NCBI GenBank assembly: GCA_030141605.1
Contig: JAQGDQ010000008.1
Coordinates: forward strand, 62,001-126,000
Length of the DNA stretch: 64,000 nucleotides
DNA from: Tubiluchus corallicola
Taxonomy: Eukaryota; Animalia; Priapulida
Direction of reading: 5' to 3'
The position numbers and the translations under genes were made by a program. This document shows, piece by piece, positions 27,621 through 40,198 of this stretch (position 1 is the first letter of the stretch; each line of letters begins with the position of its first letter). The notes under the pieces were generated by a model. That model saw nothing but the letters and a program-made list of their open reading frames with translations. It was not told the origin of the DNA and made no database searches.

Positions 27621-28168
27621 TAACTAAATAGATTCTTCATCACGCAGTCGCAAAGTCAGCGTTTAAATGCTACAAAAACTCACAAGCGTCTGAAAGTTTC
27701 TGAAAGATTAGAAGCCATTAGAAAGCTTTTAACCGCTTTAAGTGATTCATCCTGCCGCATAATTAACAGCTACTTCCCTGATTAGGACAAAATCGTTCGT
27801 AGATAAAAGAGTCGACTAGAGATCATAATTTTATTGTCTGTAAATTTAATACAGAAAGTTTGAGAAGACGTACATGTATTATTGAATATCTTATAGAGAT
27901 GATGAAGGAAACGTACTCACACAATTGTCACTGTATTGTTTTTGCGTTTTTCTCTTGTTGTTCTTATTTGCTGCGACTCTACGTTTTTTGTAAATGTATC
28001 CTTTAAGCGTAGTATGTTCTGAACTTGTTTGTATTATACAAGGCCCGTAAAATAGTATTCAGCAATTCTTTGTGTTTGTTTCTTCTTTTACCTTTTGTCT
28101 GAAGATAATCCTCAGCGTTGCATTGAAATGTCGAGTTTTACTCTTCTGCTACTGCTGCTGCTGCGGTG

Positions 28169-28390
<222 letters not shown>

Positions 28391-28739
28391 ATATTGCAGT
28401 ATCAGGTTTTCATTAATTAAAGAACAAAAGAACCAAAAAATTCAAACAATACTAGGAGACATATCAATAGCATAAAAACAAAATCAAGAGAAAACTAAAA
28501 GATTGGAGAAGGGAAGCCAGCGCTGCGCACTGTGCTCCTATAAAGTCTTAGATTCAGCTAAGAGTAAGTCAACATCTAAGACAAACTCTTCCCAGTAAAG
28601 AGCCTTTCTTGTAATATGCCACTCGCTCAATTTCCGAAAAGCAATTCCCAGATACAACTAAGTGTATAGACACTGATAAAGGAAGTACCGTTCTTAATTA
28701 TCCATACACAAAGCCAACATTTTATTGACACGTATTGAT

Positions 28740-28900
28740 TCAGCTGATGTCATTTTGTGGCGGGAGTGACGTCAATTTGTCGCGATTGCCCATGCGCTTG
28801 GCTTCCGCGCAGCGTGTGCGAGCAAAGCACCGGTAATTACGAAACTCCAAAGCGCAAAACTTTCGCTTGGGTTTCAATATAAATTAGAATTTCGTGTTTT
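28740..28900 (+). promoter_or_regulatory. Candidate proximal promoter of NPY-like gene 2 (CRE, GC-rich block, TATA)
   Basis: Variant CRE TGATGTCA at 28745-28752, perfect palindromic CRE TGACGTCA at 28767-28774, a locally GC/CpG-rich stretch at 28780-28835, TATAAA at 28878-28883 and an Inr-like TCAGT at 28900. A perfect donor follows at 28945. Confidence 0.55.
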
Positions 28901-28901
28901 C

Positions 28902-28944
28902 AGTCTCTAGAAGTTGTGTTTGCGTGATCTGAACAGCAGGCAAG
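28902..28944 (+). other. Probable non-coding exon 1 of NPY-like gene 2
   Basis: A short ATG-free segment downstream of the TATA box ends in the consensus donor AAG|GTAAGT. The gene 2 coding exon starts with an acceptor at 38289 and 32 nt of UTR, so it needs an upstream exon. Confidence 0.5.
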
Positions 28945-30615
28945 GTAAGTAGCTATTTTTTTCCAGAAACGTAATGCATTGAAATAATTTCTGGTAGTTA
29001 AGCGGAATCATGGCAGTATTCGCTGCATACTCTGCAAGAATACGTTTATTTTGTCTAATTCCAGGTTTGCAAGAATCGCTATTAATATTTCTTGCGTTAC
29101 TTTTCATAATCGTAGCTAGAAATTTATTCACAAACAATTTAACAACCGTAAGCATTGACTGCACATTTTTATAGAAAATGTGAAAAATGACTATAATTAA
29201 AATAATCTTACTTTTATTGTTTGTTGGTGTGTTAAAACTATGCGATGTCTTTAATAGTAAAATAAAGCAGTTTAATAATTTTAATGACTTAACTAGCCCG
29301 TTTGTTAATGTTTCTAAGTAGTGGTCTTTTGTCGTTTCATCATGAGTAGCACTCAATACATTAAAATAATATTGGTCTAATAATGAAGTTCTTATTGTTC
29401 AATTTCATGTTTACCTTAAAAATTAAAAAAGCAAAGAAAATGCTTCTATTGAGCCTTTTATGCGAAAATATTATAAAACTGCGATAAAATTTCCTTTTGC
29501 ACACTTCTGGCAAACCACAGATCCGACACATGATGAAAACGCTTTTTAGCTAAAAACAAAAATGACTTGCAAATTTTACGCCACCTTCGGTTATCCTCAG
29601 TTTTCAGCTCCTGCAAAAAATTTATTACTTTTGAATTTTCACGATAGTTTTTGTTGTAAACTGAAATAATTATGAAACGTTTAGCAGTCCAAACAGCGAT
29701 GTAGCCAGAATGATGACAATATTAATACTTCTAAATTTATTTACTGGAACAAACTGCTCTTAACGGGTTCATTTGTTTCAAACTTGAAAGGGAGATTAAT
29801 TAAATTGTCCTCGTGGAATTAATTATATTGTCTTCATGGAACAATCGCTTTAATTTCATTATCAGAAAAGGTAGTACGACTGCGCGACTTAATTAAAAGG
29901 TATTTCTAGGCAGACGCTATAGATAAACATCCATAGATGTCACAAATAATTCTAAATTAATTTACGCGCATTTGAACCAACGTATGTGCAGGTCCGACGC
30001 CGTGCTTATGATGATACTGAAACAATCCCTGGTTTGCCTTTTTAATTTTAAGTATTAAAAAAATGTTTGAAACACGGCTTTTCAAAATGCAAACGAATCT
30101 GTTTTCGAAATAACTTTTCAGAATTCATTATCTACGAATTTGATCTATAATGAGTTTTAATAAACTTAAAATTAAAATTATCTGTGACGTTTGATGTGCA
30201 CTTTAATATAAACGTGAAGCTACAAAAAAGTCAACTAGGAAACCAGACAATTACTCTAAACTTGAATCTTAAAGGAAAAATAAAAGTCTAACCACGCATT
30301 AAGTTGCCGTGAAGATTTCCCTTGGTTGTGCGTAACAAATTCATCGTATCCTGCTGTAATATAAATTAATGACTTGACAGCGCATATATTTTTGCAACTA
30401 GTTCTCATATTTTCATCCTGAGCTCGCCTAGATGCACAACGGCTGTTTTAAATCAATTCTTCCCTTTGGCCGTTTATCTGTGAAATTCTTTACAAGAAAT
30501 GTGCATCTTACGTGCTTCAAAAAGAACACTAACAGATGTACCTCACTAACAAAGATATAAGATATTAGATATAAGATCTCTATTATAGAAATCCATAGAC
30601 TCCTATTTTCAACAT

Positions 30616-30832
<217 letters not shown>

Positions 30833-31446
30833 CCTTTTAATAAAATGTAAATAGTTTTCTTGTTTAAATTTTGATTTTACTTGCAATTAGTGCACAGGCT
30901 TATTGTTTTCGTCATTAGTCCTGCGTGTTTCTTTTGTAATACTTTACTTCCATAAATCCTCGTAGGCTGCAGAAATGAATTGGGCTTCTTGTGAAATCGC
31001 TGGTTTTCCCTAAGATGTGAGAAAGGTGTGTTCTACGATGTTTGTGCAAAAGTCAGCCAACAGAACATGTTAGTAATAACAAAATTCAATTTTGTTGATG
31101 AGAGGGGCTTAGTAATTTTGCAACCACCTGTACTAAAAATTATTATTTTAGTTTTTTTATATTTACACTTAGAAGCCACTCATCGCGTTATAACCTAATG
31201 TGATCTAAGCATTTTTGTAAACTCCACTGTGTGTTGATGCCAATACAATATCGTCTGCATATCATCCACATTTACCTGGAAAATTAATTTTTTATCATCA
31301 ACTGAGCAATGAATATTTTAACAATATTGTAATATTGTATCAATTTTTATGAGTTAACTTTTTATGGCGAAAAAATCTTTAGGGAAGTGGTAACAACCAC
31401 TTCGTGATATATGTATATATATATATATGTATATATATGTATATGT

Positions 31447-31480
<34 letters not shown>

Positions 31481-32076
31481 ACAATTATACATATGCATAA
31501 AATGTCAGTAACTAGATGGGTTTCGCATACACTTGTGTTTCATTTGCGTTTATGTTATGATCTGATAGAGCATGTAACAGAATCAAAGAGCGATTCTGTC
31601 TCTATCTTTGAAGCCATATAAACAGCTAACTAACAATGCTGCGCTTCTTATACATTATAATCGCGTCACCATGCTCAAAGAACCATGCTGTGAATGAAAA
31701 TTACAAATTGATTTTGGACAAAAACTCGCGTCTTTCTTGAGTGTGAGTATAGGACAAATTAGTACAAAGAAAACGATATCAGATTAAATTTATCTTTTAT
31801 ACCTGCGAGATAAATAATTGCAAAGTAACCATGAAGCCGTTCGAAATTTTCGTGTGGGAAGTTCTATTTTCAGTTGCACCTATATCTTTTAATTCTTTGT
31901 AGTATTTGCTAAAAAATGCAAATCTAAACTTATATAAATATACCGATAAACATTTTGCTGATAACTGAGTTTGTGCATGAAAACATGTTCCTAATTGTTT
32001 TCTTTGAAGCTTTACTAAAATTTCTATTTACTACCACTACCATGGCTAGCTACGACCACCATTGCCGCTGTTACCG

Positions 32077-32166
<90 letters not shown>

Positions 32167-32167
32167 T

Positions 32168-32199
<32 letters not shown>

Positions 32200-32200
32200 T

Positions 32201-32295
<95 letters not shown>
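32077..32295. repeat. (TAC)n microsatellite
   Basis: Direct reading; it explains the poly-Y and poly-L ORFs. Confidence 0.97.
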
Positions 32296-32299
32296 TGAT

Positions 32300-33400
32300 T
32301 AGATCATCTGGTAGAACTGTTACATGCTTTATGATATCTTATTGTTGAGACTTGAAAAACGCTTTAGTATAAAAGGTCTAGTTCTGGACTGGTTTAAACG
32401 TTACGTTACCTTGCTAATCGGACACAGTGTGTGCGCATTAATAAGGTTATATCTGCATAAAATGGTATCCGGTCTGGAGTCTCACAGGGCTCAGAGCTTG
32501 GCCCAATTTTTAATACTATATAAGTGCTCCCCTTTGGTGATATAAATCGCAGCATGGACTAGATTATCACTACCATGCAGACGATTCACAAATTTACATA
32601 TCTTTCAAACCCGATAATTCTCTGTCTGAGCAGAATGCTAAATTAGCCACAGAAGCTTGTGTTTCTGAAATCAAATCCAGTATGGTGCAAGTTTTTTTGG
32701 CCTTAAACTCCTCTAAGACTCAGTTAAATATATTTTGGTATTTCTAACCAATTGAAGAAAATTTCAAATTCAGCTATTTTTTATGAGTCTGCTGTAACAC
32801 ATAGTGCATTTGTGAAAAATCTTGGCTGTTTCTTTAATTGCAATATGACAAATCAAAAACATATTAATCACATTTGCAGTGCTGCCTTTTTTCAGCTTAT
32901 GAATATTGGCAAAGTGAGATATTTTCTTGACAAACCAACTTCAAAACAGTTCATTCGTCGATTTGTGGCAAGTCGACTAGACTATTGCAACTCTCTTCTT
33001 TTTGGTGCATCAGATTGTCATTTACTGAAATTTACGGGTTCAAAATGCTGCTGCGCGGTTGATCACTCAGACAAAAAATTTGATCACAAAACTTCTGTTT
33101 TGGCTCAGTTACATTGATTGCCTGTGCATTTCCGAATAGAATTAAAAATCTTGTTTGCTTGTATACAAGTGCATGAATGGTGCTGACCCAAATTACTTAA
33201 CAGTGTTACTTTCATGGTATGTGCCAAGTAGGCAGTTGCGATCGACTAAACTATACACTTTGAATGTGCCAAGGATTGGTCTTGCCACTTGTTGTGGTTT
33301 ATCATTTGCTTATGCTGCCCCGTATCTTTGGAACCAGCTGTCCCTTCATGTCAAAACGTCTCCTTCAATTCCTTGTTTTAATTATTATTTATTATTATTA
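32300..33400 (+). mobile_element. 5'-truncated, decayed L2/CR1-clade LINE (reverse transcriptase C-terminal half)
   Basis: Frameshifted RT motifs: DILLLRLEKRF...LDWFK, GVSQGSELGP, YHYHADDSQIYISFKP (YADD equivalent), VKNLG, SRLDYCNSLLFG, LAQLH*LP and SFAYAAPYLWNQL. It ends in a (TAT)n tail. Confidence 0.9.
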
Positions 33401-33458
33401 CCTACTACTTCTACTGCTGCTGTTACTACTAATGCTGCTACTACTACTACTGCTGCCG

Positions 33459-33496
<38 letters not shown>

Positions 33497-35176
33497 ATTA
33501 TTATCTACTATACCATCTATCATTAGCAAATTAGTAAAAGAATTGTTTCTCTGGAACATGTAATCATATCTTCATCTTTCTTAGTAGCTGATCTATATAT
33601 ATTCGCCTTTCTGTTGTAGCCCTTTACATTTTACACTGACTTTGCTTAGAGCAATTTGTACAAAAAGATAGTCAATGTCTTACTATCCTGTAGATGATAC
33701 ACCACTGTTAAGTAACTCGGCTTTTGATACCAGCATGTCACACAGGGGAAAAATTAATCAGTCACATCAAAAAACATCTATACTGCTTGTGACATTTATA
33801 CCTACAATAAAAAGCATGTCATGTCTACAGCTTTAAGCACACGCAAATAATCTTTGTTTTGTTACCTTCCGCCCGAGTCCCTAACGACTTTCCCCGAAGT
33901 TAATCTCACCAATATCAGTATCTTAGTAGTAATCAAGAAAGCCACGTGTGCACCTTACAGCCGTCATGACAGTAATCATTACCGCCATGATCGTCATTCT
34001 CATTGGTATCATCACTCATGCTTGAAATTATTGCACGTTGTAATGACGAATATATATATAGTAGCCATAACCTTAGAAGGATGGCGAGTGTAACAGTGGG
34101 AAAAAATTGTTGTTGCTGTTTTATTATAGTTCGGTAGGATGTTGTGGGTTGGGATAGCGGAGCTCGGTACGAAAATCACCTTTGCCGTTAATGTCAGAGG
34201 TGGTCACTGGTTAGCAATTGTTTTTCTCTACGGTCTAAAGCTTTACAACGAAAAAGAAACGCTAAATATTAAGTTAACATATATGACTAGACTTTATTTT
34301 ACATATGACCACCGGAAACACAAACATAACGATGAATACGAGAAAATGACACGTTAGGAACATTAACCATTAGTAACATACCGGAAATTTATACCCAAAG
34401 TCAATCCTAAACTACAAAAGCCAAAAAACGGCAGATCATAAATATATACTACGCAAAAAGTACTGGCAAAACAAATATCAACGTTAACATAGCTAGGATC
34501 AGAGTCTCCTCACGTACCATGGATCCATGGTCCAAAAGGCAGACAACTGACAGCAAGCATCGAAATTAAGAATAACATAAACAAAATAGGCTACTCAAAC
34601 AAGTCAGTGCGATCAAGACGAACCAACGCATCGCGACAAAGAGCGAGATTCCGGGCCTACCACAACCCTACAGCCATCCAGCTTAAATAGGACTTTGTCG
34701 TTGCATGCCATTTTCCAATTTGCCAAAGTGTCGAATTATAAGAAAAAAATACGCACGACTGCCAATTCTTCCTAAGTAAAAATGCCTACCTAGCAGAATA
34801 TATTATTACACCTCCGAGAAACTGATTTACGACGCTAGGGGTCGCTAGAGAAATTATGTAACATTATACGTACATTCATAGATGTTTAGGGTAAAACAGA
34901 AAAAACTTGCAAATGCCATGACGAGGCGAGTATGAGTGGGTGTTAGTCTGCGTAATTCGTAAAGACCTGAACGTTATTAATATAGATAAGAAACACACAG
35001 CTTCAGTGCATACAAGTGTACTGAATTCCTGTTCAAATAAAGAGACTAATGTAATAACTGTTTTCTCAGCAATAGCATATATTGCTCTTCATTAAGTTAA
35101 TTGGCTGCTGGAACCACCTGCTTGTCCTCAAACAAAGGATGAGAGTATTAACCTGCTTAATGTTGTACCTGCTACT

Positions 35177-35255
<79 letters not shown>

Positions 35256-37574
35256 AAAGAATAAGATTCAATCTGCTTTCAGTATCAACACTTCGAGTAC
35301 ACTGGTTCAATATTTTGAAAGATTTTGTGCTTAGGTAGTCGAATATGTTCTTACTTTGAATCTAGTGCAATAAAAATTGACTCTATCTCGGATTTTATAT
35401 CAAGATTTCTCATCACACGATGATACCGATAAAATTTGCACGGACATTTTAATATGTGAGTTCTTGATACTCAGAAATCCCGGCATTTAAAATATTAAAC
35501 ATCATGCCGTTTTGTTTCGAAGTGCGTCTAAATCAGAGAAACTACATGGTATAAAACGGCTTCCCAGAAAAATGCTACTGCTTGTCAATCACAGTTAAAG
35601 AATTTCATTATTGCTAACTATAAGTTGCTTTCGTTGTTTTCTGCTTTTTGCTTTTCTTTTTCTGAGAATGGTTTTAAATTCAAACTGCAATGTAAATAAG
35701 ATCACAGGGTTTTTATCACTTTCACCCTTGTGCTCATCGTTTTCATTAAAACTAATTCCATGTTGAATTCCTTTTTAGCATTTTGCCAAACAATCATCTG
35801 TACAAGACTTGCCTTGTCAACACTGACTTGCAAAACGAAAATATGTTTTTCCATCAACAAAAACCGCTTCCAAAGTTGATTACGATAAACTTAATAGGAA
35901 AGCAGATTAGCTCAGCTATCCTACTCTTTTTTGCTGAAGGTTTTTCTCTTTTTTCTTTTTCGTAACACATTTTGCAGCAATTGACAAAATTTATTCTGAT
36001 CACGATAAAAATTTCATAATTTCCCCACCAAAGCACCAACATTTTGCTATTGTTTGCGCTAGTGATTTGACAAATTAAATCGAAGTAGGATCAGCACTAA
36101 CCGAGCAGATGTTTCCGTCGAATTGCTCAACAAATTAAAGCAATTCAGGAAAATCCGATTTAGAATTCGAGGGTTTAAAGATTGGATTTCTAACGCACGC
36201 AAACTGCTATACTATGTCAATGGATCGCAGGCCTGTATACAATCCTTATCTGATACGACGTGTTTTGTCTATCCTATTTTGTTGACATACTTTATCACTT
36301 ATATTATTTTCTCGCTTTACAAATACAAATTAAAACATTTCACCTTGAATGACTTTTAATACTAAAATAGCTTTCGCTTATATCGTTTGAATATCGTTTA
36401 AAATAAAAATTAATTTATCATTTACTGTTATTGGCACAATTAGTAGTTTGTTATCTTTTAATTTGTCACATAACATTACCAGTTAAATTAGAACGATCCT
36501 TCTCTCTTTTTCTTTCGCTTTCCTTTTTCTTTATTCCTTTCTAGCACTTTCTTCCTTACATCATTTTCTTTTTCTCTTTCTCGTCTATCCTTCCTGCTGT
36601 TTCTTTTTTCATGTAATGCAATTTAATGCGAATACAAAAAGCCTATATGTTTTCGTGTTGGTATCTTACGTGTGATATAATTAATTATTTTAAATTATGC
36701 AATTCTAATTAAACGCATTACACGATAGCAGACCACCAACTGATATTGTAACAGAATAAGCAATTTCGAAACCGCTTGAATAAGTTTTCTTTTTGCCCTT
36801 GAACGTTGAAGTAATCCTTGAACTCGCTTCCGCTAAAATCGTATGATCATTGTAACATGTAGTACCGTCTTTTTAAATAAATGATTTTACTAGGTTTAGT
36901 GTGAGATTCGAATTCACTATGGATGTTTCAGAAGTCCTTCACTATTTCAATTTTCGTTTTTTTCTAAATCAACTTCTATCATCGTGTAATGAATTCTTTC
37001 TCATTAGTTTTGAATACGATACATGAGAATTTCGGCATCTTCAAACGTTGGCTACATTAAGTCTACAGTTGTGCTTTCCCGCCCGTAAATTATATCGTAC
37101 TTTTTTATATCAAGCTGTTTCATAGTTTTCAATTTTGAATTATTTATAATTTATATTGATATTTAATATATAAATTGGTATATAAAGGCATATACTATCA
37201 GAATTAATGTATGTTAGAATGATCTATAATATTATTCATATAATGATTTTGTACACAAACTTTACAATATAATATAAATTTATATATACAATACAAATAT
37301 AAAATATAACAACATATTTTATTATCAATCAGTTAAAACCAGGTTACGCCTTTTCTTAGAATCTGTCTGTCATTTGGTATTCTTGACACGAACAGGTTGA
37401 ACGTTGATTGAGTAAGTAATAAACGTGAAGCATGCGAGTAAACAAAAACCTCTCTGCGCTCTATTGCTTCCAGTTTTCATTTAGAGTAATTATTGAAATT
37501 AGAGAGGCGCGTCTAGAACATTCAAGTTTCTCTCTTATTGCTACAGAGTTATAGCAGTTTGCATAATGTGGTAA

Positions 37575-37762
37575 ACAACGTGTGGTTTGCAACGCGTGGT
37601 TTGCAACATGCTGTGTGCAACGTATTTTGCAACACATGGTTTGCAACATGCGGTGTGCAACGTATTTTACAACATATGGTTTGCAACATACGGCGTGCAA
37701 CGGATTTTGCAACACATGGTTTACAACATGCGTGTGCACTGTGCAACGTATTTTGCAACATG
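37575..37762. repeat. Minisatellite with a 40-bp unit made of three GCAAC sub-units (about 4 copies)
   Basis: The unit gcaacacatggttt-gcaacatgcggtgt-gcaacgtatttt is repeated with substitutions. Confidence 0.9.
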
Positions 37763-38321
37763 CTACTTGTTCGCTTTATTGTGAGCCGAGAAAGAGAAAC
37801 ATCTAGGAATTTTTGGAGTAAAATGTGGCAAGCAGCAGCAAATATATTGATCGTACTCGTTTTTGGGATACTATGAGTAAACAGTCGTCGTTGAAGAAGT
37901 TTGTCTTACACTAAAAAGTGTTGCAGAATCCTTTTTCAGAAAATAAATCTTTGCTTCTTCAGACAGCACTTGCTTTAGTTTTCTGGCCCCTATCGTACAA
38001 TACGTTTAACAGCATACAACTCACAGGTTGTTAAGGCTTTTTGTGACTTAATAAAATTGAACAAATCTTTAAAAAGTTTAGTTAAATCATTATTAACAGT
38101 ATGAGCTTTTGTAAGACTGCAAATGTCTGAAAGTGCACCAGTACTCAATTTCAATCAGTGTTTGATATTAAACGTAGGCCTACCTTTTATCAACGAGGAG
38201 AAAATAAATGTACACCTTTAATTTGCGAAATCCTTTTAGGCATGCAATGTTCAACTTGTCATAAATTTCTGCATTTTTTCCTTTTTTAGTGTACGAAAGA
38301 CTAACACAAGGACAAGAAATC

Positions 38322-38488
38322 ATGGCAAAGTTTGAACTAAACGCTCTCATTGTAACTTTTTGTATAATTCTGCTCTCATCCGAATTCATCAGGCCATCAT
38401 ATGCAGACGTATCTAAATTGAATGATCCTGCCACAATGAAATACTTGAAGGACATGGAAAAGATCTTTGCCACGTTAGCAAGGCCACG
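38322..38488 (+). CDS. NPY: Divergent NPY/NPF-family precursor (gene 2), first coding exon
   Basis: Acceptor ttttttccttttttag ends at 38289 and ATG is at 38322 (aatcATGG). It encodes signal MAKFELNALIVTFCIILLSSEFIRPSYA followed by DVSKLNDPATMKYLKDMEKIFATLARP-R. The donor CG|gtaagt again splits the penultimate Arg in phase 2. The symbol is a family-level assignment only. Confidence 0.85.
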
Positions 38489-38724
38489 GTAAGTGCATGT
38501 CTAAAACTTCTGTACAATGACAGAATGACAGAGATGATGTAACATACAAAAACAGATAGAGTGGAGATAAGAGAGAAGAAAGTGCCGGAAAGAAGGAGGA
38601 AAAGGCAGAGGGAATGAGCGAAGGCAGGCAAAAAAGAATGAGAGATAAGGAAAGAGAGGGGATTGAATATCTAATGAACAAGGAGACGAAAGGGGAGTAA
38701 AAAAGGGGAATATAGCCAGAGAGA

Positions 38725-38762
<38 letters not shown>

Positions 38763-38988
38763 CAAAGAGAAAGGGAGGGACAGAGAGAAGGCAGAGAGAG
38801 CGAGAAAAACGAAAAGAGGGAAGGAGACCGTTTATACAATGGTACTCGTTTGTATATATTTTGCTAAGGACAATCGGTTAGACTTATTTATTGCCGTGCG
38901 TGGGGCGGTAAGGATCCTAAATTCGAACCTGCTGTCGAAATATTTTAGCTATAACCACTTTGTCGACTTTGTTTTTATTAACTCAGTA

Positions 38989-39065
<77 letters not shown>

Positions 39066-40126
39066 GCCTCGGCTACAGGGGTTGTTTTTCTTGATGAATA
39101 ATGACGTATGACATGACGTAATTAATGTGCACAAACATAATTAAATTCAGAAAGATTTAGCGTAATTGATTTTACATATTGTTTAACGCCTTCATTAATT
39201 TTGTTAATTTGCGCCGTGCGTGCAAACAGTTCATTTAAATGTGAGAAAACCTTGAAGATAATTACGTATTTGATTGTTAGTTATAATCGCTATCCGGCTT
39301 CCTAAAAATGGTGTTATGTAAAAGACGGCAACGGAAAATGTAATGGTTGCTTTGAAAAAATAAAATGCAGTAGCGCGAAAAACGGAAGCAATAAATTCCC
39401 ACAAATTATCTAAACAAGCCAAAACTTTGCGGAAGCCAAGCCTGGGTCCAGCCGCCTAGTAGTACTAGAAATTCTTTGGCGAAATTGTCCTGAAATTAGC
39501 CTGTTTATCATTGTTTGTTCCAAAAAATGCAATTTTGTCTTATTAGCATGAAATTAAGTGCACGTGGGAGCTTACCACTGTTCTTGATCATTTCTCACAG
39601 TCATCTCACAATGTGAAAAATGTTGCAGATATTTCCGCTAAAACCAAAGACATGTGTATGATACACATGCGCATAAGTTTAGTAAAGGAGCAAATTTTTG
39701 GGATTTCAAAGTACCTGCCCTAATTATATTAGTAATGATTATATTGAAAATAAGAATTAATTACAAGCAAGCCTAACTGTGCAGGAAATCTTGACAAGAA
39801 GTTTAGGTGATGATGCGCTGTCAATCCACAATGTACTTGCGTTTACAGAGATTATGTTTTTGACGGTTTGAGGGGAACTCAGCAGCATCTTCCGTGTTGT
39901 GGGATGACTGCGGTTTTGCACAATTTAGCTAGCAGACTTTTTTGGGTCCTTACGACTAGTGCTACTGTAGAGCAAGCTATAAAAATCCCTCCTATTTAAG
40001 AACTTTTGCGTTTAAAGAGGCATTTCTGTTTCAGTGTGTAGTTTAGAACTAACCATGTTTCATTAATACAAAAACCAAGAAAAGTAAATAACATACTATA
40101 ATTCTAAATACTTCCTTCTGCAAAAA

Positions 40127-40198
40127 TGCGTCGGCCGGGAGTCGAACCCGGATCAACTGCTTGGAAGGCAGCTATGCTAACCGTTATACCACCGACGC
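40127..40198 (-). tRNA. trnG-TCC: tRNA-Gly, anticodon TCC
   Basis: The minus strand reads GCGTCGGTGGTATAACGGTTAGCATAGCTGCCTTCCAAGCAGTTGATCCGGGTTCGACTCCCGGCCGACGCA. It has a perfect acceptor stem, anticodon arm GCTGC-CTTCCAA-GCAGT and T-loop GGTTCGACTCC, and is followed by a TTTTT Pol III terminator (40122-40126). Confidence 0.97.

Noticed and set aside
37575-37762. CRISPR-like appearance of the GCAAC repeats
   Set aside because: The intervening sequences are themselves repeated rather than unique spacers, there are no cas genes, and the context is a eukaryotic intron.
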